The notes: generated from the letters alone by a model not told the origin. DNA of 64,000 nucleotides from Bacillus subtilis subsp. subtilis str. 168 (GCF_000009045.1 NC_000964.3:2356001-2420000), one strand, 5' to 3'; numbered from the stretch's first letter, positions 21,656-34,188 are shown. Numbers and translations are program-made.

Positions 21656-22015
21656 TGATAAATCGGGCCTCAATACGACAACTTTTTCTAAATATACATG
21701 TCTGATCTGATCCTGAGGGACATCTGTCTGGACCGTCATCATGACTCTTATGCACTTTTTCAGACCGCCTGTTACGTCCATTTCCTGCATACATGTTACC
21801 GGTACATACTGCCATCCTGAAAGCTCGCGAACAGCTTTTGCCGGGAAAACAGCGTGCAAATCAGGTGTAGCCGACAGAAGCATTTGAACAACATCTTCCG
21901 GTTTTGTATGATTTTCTTCTATGATTTTCTCTAACAGCTGTTTAGTTTTTTGTAAAATTTCTTCTTCAGTATCCCGTTCAACTGTAGTTGCTCCGCGAAT
22001 TCCGCGAATCATCAT
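21632..22015 (-). CDS. aroH: Monofunctional chorismate mutase (AroH class), Val112 allele
   Basis: [21 protein letters not shown]; 127 aa. Confidence 0.96.
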   Translation of the reverse strand: MMIRGIRGATTVERDTEEEILQKTKQLLEKIIEENHTKPEDVVQMLLSATPDLHAVFPAKAVRELSGWQYVPVTCMQEMDVTGGLKKCIRVMMTVQTDVPQDQIRHVYLEKVVVLRPDLSLTKNTEL

Positions 22016-23100
22016 GATGTCTCCTCCAATCGCCATTTGTTCAGCCAGCTCTCAAGTTCATTTCTGGAAAATGTATGATCAGCAACTTTCCCTAATTCGT
22101 TGAGCACAATAAACTGAATCTTCCCGCCACGGGTTTTCTTATCATTCATCATACGGTTCAAGAGAACCGAAGTTTCCGTCTCTTTTCTGATTTGACTTGG
22201 ATAACCCAGGCTTTTTAGCCAGCTGACCAAACGTTTTCTGTCCATTTCACAGCCTACAGTCTTTTCGCTTATATATAAAGCAAACTGCATTCCGAGGGCT
22301 ACGGCATCACCGTGAGTGATCTGCCCATATCCATATTCCGCCTCAACGGCATGGCCGAGCGTATGCCCAAAGTTTAAGTAAGCTCTTATCCCCTCTTCTT
22401 TTTCATCCTGCTGAACGACAGACGCTTTAATTGAAATGCCTTTAAAAATCATGTCATTCAGCTGATCATTAGTGATATCACGCAGTGAGTGGATATTCAG
22501 CAGCTCCTCCAGAAACGCTCTGTCATAGATAAAAGCGTGTTTAATCACTTCTGCCATTCCGGACCTAAGCTCTTTTTCAGGCAGAGAACGCAGGAAATCT
22601 GTATCATAGAGCACGGCTTTCGGCTGATAAAACGCACCGATTAGATTTTTTCCAAGCGGATGGTTCACGGCTACTTTTCCTCCGACTGCGCTGTCATGCG
22701 CCAAGAGCGTCGTAGGCATTTGGATGAAATCAATGCCGCGCATAAAAGTGGCAGCCACAAAACCGGCAAGATCCCCTACAACACCGCCACCGAATGCGAT
22801 GATGCATGAGGAGCGATCCATATGAAAACGAATCGCTTCACTCTGCAATTTTGTGTACATGTCCATGGATTTTGCCTGCTCTCCACTCGGTACCGTCACT
22901 TTTTTCACAGGCCATTTTTCTTGCAGCAAATGGAGCATTTCATCACCATACAGGCGGTCCACTTCTTCATCCGTGACAAACATAATCCTTGTTAAAGGCC
23001 TGTTTAAAGAGGTTAATAGTTCGCAAGCCTTTTTTCTGATACCTTGTCCGATAAAAACAGGATATGACGAGGAAGCAGTTTGAACATGCAGTGTCTTCAT
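22012..23100 (-). CDS. aroB: 3-dehydroquinate synthase
   Basis: [28 protein letters not shown]. Confidence 0.97.
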   Translation of the reverse strand: MKTLHVQTASSSYPVFIGQGIRKKACELLTSLNRPLTRIMFVTDEEVDRLYGDEMLHLLQEKWPVKKVTVPSGEQAKSMDMYTKLQSEAIRFHMDRSSCIIAFGGGVVGDLAGFVAATFMRGIDFIQMPTTLLAHDSAVGGKVAVNHPLGKNLIGAFYQPKAVLYDTDFLRSLPEKELRSGMAEVIKHAFIYDRAFLEELLNIHSLRDITNDQLNDMIFKGISIKASVVQQDEKEEGIRAYLNFGHTLGHAVEAEYGYGQITHGDAVALGMQFALYISEKTVGCEMDRKRLVSWLKSLGYPSQIRKETETSVLLNRMMNDKKTRGGKIQFIVLNELGKVADHTFSRNELESWLNKWRLEETS

Positions 23101-24272
23101 TAAAATTCCCTCGACAGTTTTCTCATATTCTCCACATTTTCTCTAATGCGGTCAATTTGATCTAATCCGAATTGTTCAACGACTGCGTTCGCAATTTCCC
23201 AAGCGACAGCCGCTTCAGCGACTACACTTGCCGCAGGAACAGCACAGCTGTCTGAACGTTCAATGCTGGCAGAAAACGGTTCTTTCGTTTCAATATCGAC
23301 ACTTTTCAGCGGTTTATACAAAGTCGGAATCGGCTTCATGACTCCGCGGACAACAATCGGCATCCCTGTCGTCATGCCGCCTTCCAGTCCGCCAAGTCTG
23401 TTAGTAGCACGGGTGTATCCTTTTTCCTCGTCCCAAATGATCTCGTCATGGACTTCGCTTCCATTTCGCCCTGCTGCCTCAAATCCGATGCCGAATTCCA
23501 CACCTTTAAATGCGTTAATTGACAGAACAGCGGCAGCAAGCTTGCTATCCAGCTTGCGGTCATAATGGACATAGCTGCCCACGCCTACCGGCATTCCCTC
23601 GACAATGACTTCTACTATTCCGCCGATGGAATCTCCGTTTGCCTTTGCTTCATCAATGGCAGCCATCATTTTTTTGCCTGCCTCTTCATCGTAGCATCTG
23701 ACAGGAGACTCTTCCGTTACACGCTGCAAGTCTTCAATTGACGTATACTCTGTTTTTTCAGCTTTAACAGCGCCAATTTGCAACACGTGGCCCGCCACCT
23801 TAATGCCAAGCTCAGAAAGAATCTTTTTAGCTACAGCCCCTGCCGCCACTCTGACAGTTGTTTCCCTTGCTGAAGAACGCTCAAGCACATTTCTCATATC
23901 ACGATGATTATATTTAATTGCACCGTTTAAGTCAGCGTGCCCAGGTCTCGGTCTGGAAATCTGGCGCTTCATTTCCTTTTCTTCATCTTCTGTAATCGGA
24001 GCGGCGCCCATGATTTTTGTCCAATGCTTCCAATCGTTATTTTCAACTACGAGAGCAATTGGCGAACCGAGTGTACGTGCATGGCGCACCCCGCTCATAA
24101 TTTTGGCCTGGTCTTTTTCGATCTGCATGCGGCGGCCGCGGCCGTGTCCTTTTTGGCGTCTGGCAAGCTCAAAATTGATATCTTCCTCCGTTATGTAAAG
24201 CCCGGCAGGTACACCCTCAATAATGGTTGTCAGTTGGGGGCCGTGTGATTCTCCGGCTGTTAAATATCTCAT
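23100..24272 (-). CDS. aroF: Chorismate synthase (aroC in other bacteria)
   Basis: [34 protein letters not shown]; 390 aa. Confidence 0.97.
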   Translation of the reverse strand: MRYLTAGESHGPQLTTIIEGVPAGLYITEEDINFELARRQKGHGRGRRMQIEKDQAKIMSGVRHARTLGSPIALVVENNDWKHWTKIMGAAPITEDEEKEMKRQISRPRPGHADLNGAIKYNHRDMRNVLERSSARETTVRVAAGAVAKKILSELGIKVAGHVLQIGAVKAEKTEYTSIEDLQRVTEESPVRCYDEEAGKKMMAAIDEAKANGDSIGGIVEVIVEGMPVGVGSYVHYDRKLDSKLAAAVLSINAFKGVEFGIGFEAAGRNGSEVHDEIIWDEEKGYTRATNRLGGLEGGMTTGMPIVVRGVMKPIPTLYKPLKSVDIETKEPFSASIERSDSCAVPAASVVAEAAVAWEIANAVVEQFGLDQIDRIRENVENMRKLSREF

Positions 24273-24315
24273 GACTTCTTCTCCCTTCATCGCATTAACG
24301 CTTTTAAGTAAGACT

Positions 24316-24345
24316 ACTATAACATATTTTTCAGCAAAAAGTCAG
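24316..24345 (-). promoter_or_regulatory. Sigma-A promoter of aroF (supraoperon start)
   Basis: CTGACT-N18-TATAGT with extended TG. Confidence 0.6.
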
Positions 24346-24346
24346 T

Positions 24347-25333
<987 letters not shown>

Positions 25334-25353
25334 GTTGCTTATTTTCACAATGA

Positions 25354-25803
25354 TTAATAGATCCAGCCTGCCATAAGCTGCTGATATGATACTAATTCTT
25401 CATTCTTAAAGAAAATGTTAATCTCGCGTTCTGCACTTTCGAGAGAATCAGAGCCGTGGATGATGTTTTTTCCGACAAACATGCCATAATCCCCACGAAT
25501 CGTACCAGGTAAAGCTTCTTTAGGGTTTGTTTTCCCGATCAGCTGTCTCGTCACTTCAATGACATTTTCGCCTTCCCACACCATTGCGAATACAGGTCCT
25601 GAAGTAATAAACTCAACGAGCTCTCCGAAGAAAGGCTTACCTTGATGTTCGGCGTAGTGTTTCTCAGCCATTTGTTCAGTCACTCTCATTAACTTGGCGC
25701 CAGCTAATTGTAAGCCCTTACGTTCGAATCTAGATAAAATGTCCCCAATGAGCTGACGTTGGACACCGTCTGGTTTCACCATGATAAAAGTCTTTTCCAT
25801 CAT
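25354..25803 (-). CDS. ndk: Nucleoside diphosphate kinase
   Basis: [22 protein letters not shown]; 149 aa. Confidence 0.98.
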
Positions 25804-25918
25804 ATTCTCCACCCCATCATTATGTATGTATAGGCTTTCACACTGCACACCGAAATCGTAACATCTTTCTGATAATTAATCAATCCGGGGCGGAGAAATT
25901 TCTTAATATCTACAAAAA

Positions 25919-26965
25919 TTAAAATTTTCTTTTACCGATATATTTTGCGATGGCTGCAAGAGACGAGCGTGCGCGCCCTCGAGGAAGCGTGTTTAATTTC
26001 TGAAAAGCTTTCTGCAGATACATTTCGCTTACTGCCATAGATGCTTCAATTGCATCTGTTTTTTTGATTTCTTCAATGATTGGTTCAAGCTGTTCCTGCG
26101 TTGTCTCACTGTTAATCAATTTAAGCTGGTTTTTTAATGCAGGATTTTTCAGGGCATACAGCACTGGCAATGTGACGTTTCCTTGAAGCAAATCTCCTCC
26201 TACGGGTTTACCCAGCTCTTCCTCAGTTGAAGTAAAATCAAGAATATCATCAATAATCTGATAAGACATGCCGACGTAATACCCAAACCAGTACAATGCC
26301 TTATGAATCTTCTCATCAGCTCCAGACGCAATGGCACCAAGCTGGCAGCTGACCGCGATCAAGAGAGCTGTTTTTCTTTTGATACGGCGGAGATACGTTC
26401 TGAGATTTTGTTCCATGTTGTATTTGTCTTTGATCTGCTCAATTTCCCCTAGACAAACTTCAACGATCGTCTGTGACAAAATCCTATGGGCTTTCGGTTC
26501 GTTAATTCTCGTCATCATTTCAAGAGATCCCGCAAGCATATAATCGCCTGTGTACATCGCAATACGATTGTCCCACTTTGCTTTGATTGTCGGTTTTCCT
26601 CGGCGAAGCTCTGCATCATCAATGACATCATCATGAACCAAAGATGCCATGTGAATCATTTCCAGAGTGACGGCGACATATTTAATCTTATTAATATCAT
26701 AATCGCCAAACATGCCAGAAAGCAGCACGAAAACAGGCCGAATACGTTTCCCTCCGGCCTGCAGCAGGTGAAGACCTGCCTCGCTTAAAAGCGGGTAATC
26801 GGAACGTACGGTTTGTTCAAGTTCTCTTTCGATTACATCAATATCGTCATTTAAAAAAGAGTAGGCCATTTTAAATTTCATATCATTCACCCAAACATCT
26901 GTGTTTTCATTTCCATCCGATATGCGTGGCAGCGACTCCGCCAGTAAACGAATGATATTTAACAT
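25919..26965 (-). CDS. hepT: Heptaprenyl diphosphate synthase component II
   Basis: GGKRIRP, HDDVIDD, QIIDD; start may instead be ATG at 26881. Confidence 0.95.
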
Positions 26966-27608
26966 TTTTCAGGCCCGCCTCTTCAAACAGGCCTGCCAGT
27001 TCCTTCATTCCAGGGAAATCTCTGGCTGATTCTTGAAGCCAAGAATATTCTTTATAGCTCTTCGCAAACAGTTTCCCGAAAAACGGCATAATATACTTAA
27101 AGTACATAAAGTAAGCCTGTCTGAATCCGAACATTTCCGGCTGGGACGTTTCCAGACATACCACCTGCCCGCCCGGCTTCACTACACGTCTCATCTCTTT
27201 CAGTACAGTCAAGTAATCAGGGACATTGCGGAGTCCGAAGCCAATGGTGACATAATCAAATGTATCATCATCAAAAGGAAGCTCCATCGCATTTCCGTGC
27301 AGCAGTTCAATTTGGCTGAATCCGCCGTCTTTTACTTTCTGCTCGCCGACACTCAGCATATTTTCACTGAAATCCAAGCCCTTGATCTCGCCGCTTTTGC
27401 CTGCCGCTTTTGCAAGAGCGATCGTCCAGTCAGCCGTTCCGCAGCAGACATCAAGTGCTTTTGCGCCTTCCTTTACATTCATGATGCGCATCGTTTTGTC
27501 GCGCCATTTTTTATGCTGCTGAAAACTGATGACAGAGTTCATTTGGTCATAATTTTTATATATTTTTTCAAATACTCCGTGTACGCGCTGTTCTTTTGAG
27601 TCCTGCAT
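26907..27608 (-). CDS. menH: Demethylmenaquinone methyltransferase (MenG/UbiE)
   Basis: [23 protein letters not shown]. Confidence 0.96.
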   Translation of the reverse strand: MQDSKEQRVHGVFEKIYKNYDQMNSVISFQQHKKWRDKTMRIMNVKEGAKALDVCCGTADWTIALAKAAGKSGEIKGLDFSENMLSVGEQKVKDGGFSQIELLHGNAMELPFDDDTFDYVTIGFGLRNVPDYLTVLKEMRRVVKPGGQVVCLETSQPEMFGFRQAYFMYFKYIMPFFGKLFAKSYKEYSWLQESARDFPGMKELAGLFEEAGLKNVKYHSFTGGVAATHIGWK

Positions 27609-27614
27609 AATGGT

Positions 27615-28406
<792 letters not shown>

Positions 28407-28463
28407 TTAATCTATGTATGAGTTTTATCTTTTCATTCGCTTACGCAGGTATCATTATAGCAT

Positions 28464-28530
28464 AAAAAAAAGAAATTGGCTGTATCCTCCCGCTGTTTGC
28501 GAGCATTTGCTTTTAACAGCGGGGACAGCC
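28464..28530 (-). terminator. Long hairpin terminator after mtrB
   Basis: GGCTGT-CCCCGCTGTT...AACAGCGGGA-GGAT-ACAGCC followed by AATTTCTTTTTTTT. Confidence 0.75.
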
Positions 28531-28533
28531 AGC

Positions 28534-28761
28534 TTATTTTTTTTCGCTTTTCATTTCTCCGTACGCGGTTTGAATCAGTGCCTCTCCTCTGACTTTAATG
28601 GCAGAAGTATGCTCTGTAAACTGAGCGATGATCACTTCTCCCTTGTCGAGTTTTTCGGAATGGTGAAACTTTGTGTCTGTTCCTCTTGTCAGGCCGATCA
28701 CATTCACTCCGTCCTCAACGGCTTTAATGACGACAAAATCACTTGAATGCTTTTGGTTCAT
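28534..28761 (-). CDS. mtrB: TRAP, trp RNA-binding attenuation protein
   Basis: 75 aa; [26 protein letters not shown]. Confidence 0.98.
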   Translation of the reverse strand: MNQKHSSDFVVIKAVEDGVNVIGLTRGTDTKFHHSEKLDKGEVIIAQFTEHTSAIKVRGEALIQTAYGEMKSEKK

Positions 28762-28782
28762 TTATAGCACCCTCTATCTTTA

Positions 28783-29355
28783 TTAGTCCTGGCGTTTAAT
28801 ATGTTCCAATACTTCTGCACGGGCAGCGGCATCATCTTTAAAAACGCCTCTGACTGCTGAAGTCACAGTTTTCGCACCCGGTTTTCTTACACCGCGCATC
28901 GTCATGCACATGTGTTCCGCTTCAACCACTACCATTACGCCATGCGGATCAAGCGTTTCTACGATGCTTTCTGCAATTGTAGAAGTGATGCGTTCCTGAA
29001 GCTGCGGGCGCTTTGCAACGGCTTCAACGGCACGTGCCAGTTTGCTGAGTCCTGTGACCTTTCCGCCTCGCGGGATATATGCAACATGTGCTTTTCCATA
29101 AAAGGGAACAAGGTGATGCTCACACATAGAATGAAACGCTATATCTTTTACAAGAACAAGCTCCTCATGGTTTTCACCGAAGATAGTCTGGAAATGTTCT
29201 TTTGGATCTTCATTCAAGCCGGAGAATACTTCGGCATACATCTTTGCGACTCTTTTCGGAGTATCAAGAAGCCCTTCTCTATTCGGGTCTTCTCCGATCG
29301 CTTCTAAAATTTGACGAACAGCTTGTTCGATTTGCTCTTTATTAACTTCTTTCAT
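28783..29355 (-). CDS. folE: GTP cyclohydrolase I (MtrA)
   Basis: [26 protein letters not shown]. Confidence 0.98.
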   Translation of the reverse strand: MKEVNKEQIEQAVRQILEAIGEDPNREGLLDTPKRVAKMYAEVFSGLNEDPKEHFQTIFGENHEELVLVKDIAFHSMCEHHLVPFYGKAHVAYIPRGGKVTGLSKLARAVEAVAKRPQLQERITSTIAESIVETLDPHGVMVVVEAEHMCMTMRGVRKPGAKTVTSAVRGVFKDDAAARAEVLEHIKRQD

Positions 29356-29392
29356 GTTCTATGTCCTCCACCAATGAATACATTTAATTTCG

Positions 29393-29422
29393 ATTCTAGC
29401 ACATATGCCCCGCTAAAAGCAA
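29393..29422 (-). promoter_or_regulatory. Sigma-A promoter of folE-mtrB
   Basis: TTGCTT-N18-TAGAAT with extended TG. Confidence 0.7.
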
Positions 29423-29462
29423 AGTGAATGCCCTGTCAGGAAGCCCATGCTCTTGAAATATG

Positions 29463-29487
29463 AAAAGCCCCTTAGAAAGGGGCTTTT
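29463..29487 (-). terminator. hbs terminator
   Basis: AAAAGCCCC-TTTCTAA-GGGGCTTTT. Confidence 0.85.
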
Positions 29488-29542
29488 CTGTGAAGAAATA
29501 AAGTGTATGTAAGCTAGATGCATACACGATCTATATTCACAA

Positions 29543-29821
29543 TTATTTTCCGGCAACTGCGTCTTTAAGCGCTTTACCTGGTTTGAAAGCAGGTACTTTG
29601 CTTGCTGGAATTTCGATTTCTTCACCTGTTTGAGGATTGCGTCCTTTACGTGCAGAACGTTCACGCACCTCGAAGTTACCAAAACCGATCAGTTGGATTT
29701 TATCACCGTTTTTAAGTGCATCTAAGATCGTATCAAAAACAGAGTCAACTGCTTTTGTAGCGTCTTTTTTAGACAATTCGCTTGCTTCTGCAACCGCATT
29801 GATAAGTTCTGTTTTGTTCAT
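29543..29821 (-). CDS. hbs: HBsu, HU-family nucleoid protein
   Basis: [20 protein letters not shown]; 92 aa after the strong SD GGGAGGAGGTGA. Confidence 0.98.
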   Translation of the reverse strand: MNKTELINAVAEASELSKKDATKAVDSVFDTILDALKNGDKIQLIGFGNFEVRERSARKGRNPQTGEEIEIPASKVPAFKPGKALKDAVAGK

Positions 29822-30008
29822 GCCTTTCACCTCCTCCCAAAAGGATACATTCAGTTCGTTTATTATCATTTCTTCACAGTTCAGTCTGATTCTAAACCTG
29901 TCTCAGAAAAAAATGAGAGCAAGTAAGAGAAAGACAATTAAACGGCTTTTTAAGAAAAACTGCACTCTGAGGAATGTTTGTCCAACAAAGTGAAGAATTT
30001 CTGTATGT

Positions 30009-30037
30009 AGAGTAACACATATAAAAAGCCATATCAA
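30009..30037 (-). promoter_or_regulatory. Sigma-A promoter of hbs (long 5' UTR)
   Basis: TTGATA-N17-TACTCT with extended TG. Confidence 0.6.
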
Positions 30038-30094
30038 GCATTTTAAAGCGTCAATCCCTTGCTCGTCAAGGATTTAAGGTGATTTACCGAACGA

Positions 30095-30124
30095 ATATTC
30101 CTTTTTTTCCTTTTTTCATCCTAT
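30095..30124 (-). promoter_or_regulatory. Sigma-H-type promoter of hbs
   Basis: ATAGGATGA-N12-AAGGAATAT. Confidence 0.5.
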
Positions 30125-30156
30125 TCCTTGATCCTTTTCCATTATTAAGAGCAAAG

Positions 30157-30187
30157 AAAAAAGACCTCCCATTCTATAAAGAGGTCT
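30157..30187 (-). terminator. spoIVA terminator
   Basis: AGACCTCT...GGAGGTCT-TTTTT. Confidence 0.8.
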
Positions 30188-30194
30188 ACCGGTA

Positions 30195-31673
30195 TTACAG
30201 GATGATGGCGATTAAGCCGCCAGAGCCTTCGTTTATGATTCTTTCTAATGTTTCTTTTAATTTATACCGTGCGTTTTCAGGCATCAATGACAGCTTTGCC
30301 TGAATCCCTTCTCTCACAATTGAGCTCAGCGACCTTCCGAAGATATCGGAATTCCAGATGGAGAGCGGATCATCCTCAAAGTCCTGCATTAAATAGCGTA
30401 CAAGCTCTTCACTTTGTTTTTCCGTTCCGATAATCGGGGCGAATTCGCTTTCGACATCTACTTTGATCATATGGATCGACGGAGCGACAGCTTTCAGCCT
30501 CACACCGAATCGCGAGCCCTGCCTTATAATTTCCGGCTCATCGAGACTCATATCAGCTAAAGCAGGCGCTGCAATGCCGTATCCCGTCTGTTTGACCATT
30601 TTTAAGGCATCAGACACTTGATCATATTCTGTTTTCGCATGGGCGAAGTCTTGCATGAGCTCAAGCAGATGGTCTCTTCCTCTGATTTCGACGCCCACAA
30701 CTTCTTTTAGGATTTGATCATATAGATGATCAGGCGCGTACAAATCAATTTCTGCCACCCCTTGGCCCAGCTCAATTCCGGCTAATCCGGCACTTTCAAT
30801 GAATTCAAACTCGCTGAATTGGCCGACAACCCTGTCTACGTCCCGGAGCCGTTTAATATCCTTAACCGTTTCCTTCACGGACTCCTGATAGCTTTCACGC
30901 AACCAATGGTTTTCTTTCAGCACCATTACCCAGCTTGGGAGATTGACATTCACTTCTAGCACCGGAAACTCGTAGAGGGCCTCTCTGAGCACACTCAGCA
31001 CATCTGATTCCCGCATGCTCTCTACACTCATTGCCAATACCGGGATATCATATTTTTCGCTTAAATCCTGGCGCATGGCTTCCGTTTCCGGGTGATACGG
31101 CCTGACTGAGTTGATGACCATAATAAAAGGTTTGCCAACCTCTTTCAGCTCTTCAATGACTCTTTCTTCAGCCTCTATATAGTCACTTCTGGCGATATCT
31201 CCAATGGTGCCGTCTGTCGTAATGACAACTCCGATGGTCGAGTGTTCTTGAATGACTTTTCGTGTGCCGATTTCAGCAGCCTCATGAAATGGGATCGGTT
31301 CTTCGTACCAAGGCGTATTGATCATCCGCGGCCCGTTTTCATCTTCATATCCTTTAGCGCCGGGCACTGTGTAACCTACACAATCTACTAATCTTATATT
31401 CACATCGAGTCCGTCTGACACATGAACAGACATCGCCTGATTCGGAACAAATTTAGGCTCTGTAGTCATAATGGTTTTGCCGGCTGCGCTCTGCGGCAGT
31501 TCATCCTGCGCTCGGGCCCGGTCTGCTTCGTTACTGATATTCGGGAGCACCACAAGCTCCATAAATTTTTTAATGAACGTGGATTTTCCTGTACGGACAG
31601 CACCTACGACTCCTAAGTATATATCGCCTCCTGTTCGTTCAGCGATATCCTTGAAAATATCGACCTTTTCCAA
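30195..31673 (-). CDS. spoIVA: Stage IV sporulation protein A, coat morphogenetic ATPase
   Basis: TTG start, 492 aa; Walker A GAVRTGKS; C-terminal GGLIAIIL. Confidence 0.97.
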   Translation of the reverse strand: MEKVDIFKDIAERTGGDIYLGVVGAVRTGKSTFIKKFMELVVLPNISNEADRARAQDELPQSAAGKTIMTTEPKFVPNQAMSVHVSDGLDVNIRLVDCVGYTVPGAKGYEDENGPRMINTPWYEEPIPFHEAAEIGTRKVIQEHSTIGVVITTDGTIGDIARSDYIEAEERVIEELKEVGKPFIMVINSVRPYHPETEAMRQDLSEKYDIPVLAMSVESMRESDVLSVLREALYEFPVLEVNVNLPSWVMVLKENHWLRESYQESVKETVKDIKRLRDVDRVVGQFSEFEFIESAGLAGIELGQGVAEIDLYAPDHLYDQILKEVVGVEIRGRDHLLELMQDFAHAKTEYDQVSDALKMVKQTGYGIAAPALADMSLDEPEIIRQGSRFGVRLKAVAPSIHMIKVDVESEFAPIIGTEKQSEELVRYLMQDFEDDPLSIWNSDIFGRSLSSIVREGIQAKLSLMPENARYKLKETLERIINEGSGGLIAIIL

Positions 31674-31744
31674 GTGATCCCCTCCCGGACTTCCTATCCT
31701 TTTCAATTTTATTAAGCTCTTTCAATCAAACACAGGACACTATA

Positions 31745-31774
31745 TGTGTATGACGTTGTCCTATTTGAATATGA
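31745..31774 (-). promoter_or_regulatory. Sigma-E promoter of spoIVA
   Basis: TCATATT-N15-CATACACA, near consensus. Confidence 0.88.
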
Positions 31775-31812
31775 CATCTTTAGAAAATTTCTCATCCTCA
31801 ATCTATTAATAT

Positions 31813-31854
31813 AAAAAAACCTTTCTCCCTATTTGTATGCAAGGGAGAAAGGTT
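31813..31854 (-). terminator. yphF terminator
   Basis: 13-bp stem AACCTTTCTCCCT/AGGGAGAAAGGTT plus U-tract. Confidence 0.88.
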
Positions 31855-32588
31855 CATTCCTTTTTCATATCATTTTCTAAAAAAACAGGTTCCTGTTTGT
31901 CATTTACCGTATATTTTACAGAAAACGCGGGGACAAAGGGGGTTTCATGCCAAATCATATCCTGGATTTCAGTCCCGGGTTTAAACGTTTTTTTGCTTTT
32001 TTTGAGGCAAGAAGCCAGCTCAGTCCGGTAATCGGCATATATTTCTCCGTCTCCGTCAATCATAAGCGGCAAGGAATTCCCTGAGATTGGGCTTGTCACT
32101 GTAAGAGAGCTGCCATCCCCAAGCTTCTTCTCATCGAGTGTAAATAAATCACGAGATAGCACATCCTTGTAAGGCGGATATTGATGCTCCTGACGATACA
32201 TTTGGATGCGCAATTTCACATCGCGAATTTTTTCTGCCATCTTTAGATCAATTAATTTAACAGTCGGATCGTTCTCTACGTCAACAAGCACGTATTGATA
32301 GTCTCCCCCGCTTTCAAATGCCGTACTTGGAGGTTCAGCTATGTATCTTGGCGCTAACCGGTTAAAGTCTATCGGATATTTTTGATATAGCGGTGTCGAC
32401 ATATCTTTGGTTTGAATAGGAAGCAGCCCTCCATTTGCCTTTTGAAATTCATCAACAGCAGATTGAACCTGCTTTAGCTGGTCTTGATAAGGAATGGCAT
32501 GCACACTGCTTTTCCGTTCATTTGGATATAAACATCCGGATAAAAACACGACTGCCGCAAAAATGATTGCGCACTTCAGTTTACCCAT
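31854..32588 (-). CDS. yphF: Putative lipoprotein
   Basis: Lipobox LSGC after a hydrophobic signal. Confidence 0.85.
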
Positions 32589-32609
32589 ACAGCACTTCCT
32601 TTTACAGCT

Positions 32610-32813
32610 TTATTCATTGACAGGGCCGCTAAAAACCACGACAAACACAATAATTCCAGATATGAGCATACACATGTATGCGAATGATGAAATCGCAATC
32701 TTCAAAAAACGGTTTTGGCACTTAAAGCGGCTTAAATAGATGGAAGCTACAGCCAGAAACATCAGACCCATGGACCCTAGAGCAAACCACATTTTCATCA
32801 ATGCCAGATTCAA
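32610..32813 (-). CDS. yphE: Small two-TM membrane protein
   Basis: TTG at 32813 after GGGAGG; 67 aa, hydrophobic. Confidence 0.82.
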   Translation of the reverse strand: MNLALMKMWFALGSMGLMFLAVASIYLSRFKCQNRFLKIAISSFAYMCMLISGIIVFVVVFSGPVNE

Positions 32814-32857
32814 TGACGTGCGCCTCCCCGATATGTAAGATATAAGCGTTATATTAT

Positions 32858-32887
32858 ATTTTAATATACAGCGCCGGAAAAGATCAA
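32858..32887 (-). promoter_or_regulatory. Sigma-A promoter of yphE-yphF
   Basis: TTGATC-N18-TAAAAT. Confidence 0.55.
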
Positions 32888-32913
32888 CCAGATTTTCCAT
32901 CCATTGATAGAAC

Positions 32914-32950
32914 AAAAAAACTGAAGCAAAGAGGGGGACCTTCGCTTCAG
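32914..32950 (-). terminator. Terminator 200 nt downstream of gpsA
   Basis: CTGAAGCGAAGG...CCTCTTTGCTTCAG-TTTTTTT. Confidence 0.85.
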
Positions 32951-33150
32951 TCAACTTGACTATATTCACCTGCACGTTTAAGAAACACTCTCTTGGACTT
33001 CGATGCTATAGTATGCGACTTGGCATACAGATGCATCCTCTATTGCCTAAATCGGCAAAATGTTTCAGGAGATCCCAAGACTTGGGTGTTCTTCTGTTTT
33101 TCGGGCTTTCGTTCAATTAAGATATGCGATTCACCATTTGATTGACACTT

Positions 33151-34188
33151 TTACTTCACTTGATTTTCAAACGTATTTACCAAATCCTCCATCTCGTGGG
33201 TTTTCCCTCTCGCCATTAAAGATTCAACAGCGGTTTCCACTTTTTGTCCGTTGAATAGGACCTGATGGAGAGCTTCTGTAATCGGCATTTTAACATCATA
33301 TTTCTTCGAAAGCTGATAAGCCGCTTTCGTCGTGCGGACGCCTTCGACTACCATTCCCATCTCTTCAAGAACATCTTCAAGCTTGTACCCTTTTCCGAGC
33401 AAATTGCCCGCACGCCAGTTTCTGGAATGAACACTTGTGCACGTCACAATCAGATCGCCTACTCCTGTCAATCCAGAGAACGTCAAGGGATTTCCGCCCA
33501 TTTTCGTTCCGAGTCTCGCGATTTCGGCAAGTCCGCGTGTAATCAAAGCAGCTTTGGCATTGTCACCGTACCCTAAACCATCTGTAATTCCTGCAGCAAG
33601 GGCAATAATATTTTTTAAAGCCCCTCCGATTTCAACTCCGATAATGTCAGGATTTGTGTACACCCGAAAATTGTGATTAATAAATAGATCCTGCACCTCT
33701 TCTGCTGCCCTCATGCTCTTTGAAGATGCAGTAACAGTTGTGGGGTGCCGCAGCCCTACTTCTTCCGCATGACTCGGGCCGGAAAGGACAACGATATCTT
33801 TTCTGACATCACTCGGGAGCTCAATTTCCATAATTTCAGAAATGCGCAGAAGTGAATCTGGCTCAATACCCTTGCTGACATGAACAAAGACTGCCTTTTT
33901 CGTTATAAAAGGGACAGCCTGTCTCAGCACTTCCCGAATTGCTTTTGTCGGGACCGCAACGATAATGACATCTGCGTCTGAAACAGCCTCTTTCATATCT
34001 GTTGTTCCTTTAATGGATGTAGACAGCTTAACATTCGGCAAATAATCTTTGTTTTCATGCAACTCATTAATTTGATGAATTAAATCTGCACGGTGAGCCC
34101 ACACACACACTTCATTTCCATTATCAGTTAGAACTAAAGCCAGTGCTGTTCCCCAACTCCCCGCTCCAAGCATTGTGACTTTTTTCAT
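33151..34188 (-). CDS. gpsA: NAD(P)H-dependent glycerol-3-phosphate dehydrogenase
   Basis: GAGSWGTAL, SGPSHA, GALKNIIA, SRNW. Confidence 0.97.
   Translation of the reverse strand: MKKVTMLGAGSWGTALALVLTDNGNEVCVWAHRADLIHQINELHENKDYLPNVKLSTSIKGTTDMKEAVSDADVIIVAVPTKAIREVLRQAVPFITKKAVFVHVSKGIEPDSLLRISEIMEIELPSDVRKDIVVLSGPSHAEEVGLRHPTTVTASSKSMRAAEEVQDLFINHNFRVYTNPDIIGVEIGGALKNIIALAAGITDGLGYGDNAKAALITRGLAEIARLGTKMGGNPLTFSGLTGVGDLIVTCTSVHSRNWRAGNLLGKGYKLEDVLEEMGMVVEGVRTTKAAYQLSKKYDVKMPITEALHQVLFNGQKVETAVESLMARGKTHEMEDLVNTFENQVK

Noticed and set aside
21836-21849. Noc-binding-site-like palindrome TTTTGCCGGGAAAA (similar 11/14 matches elsewhere)
   Set aside because: Three mismatches from ATTTCCCGGGAAAT; not distinguishable from chance without a weight matrix.
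27033-27599. 188-aa plus-strand ORF
   Set aside because: Antisense shadow of menH, with no SD or protein motif.
29822-29869. In-frame 16-aa N-terminal extension of HBsu
   Set aside because: The upstream ATG has no SD, while ATG 29821 follows a very strong one.
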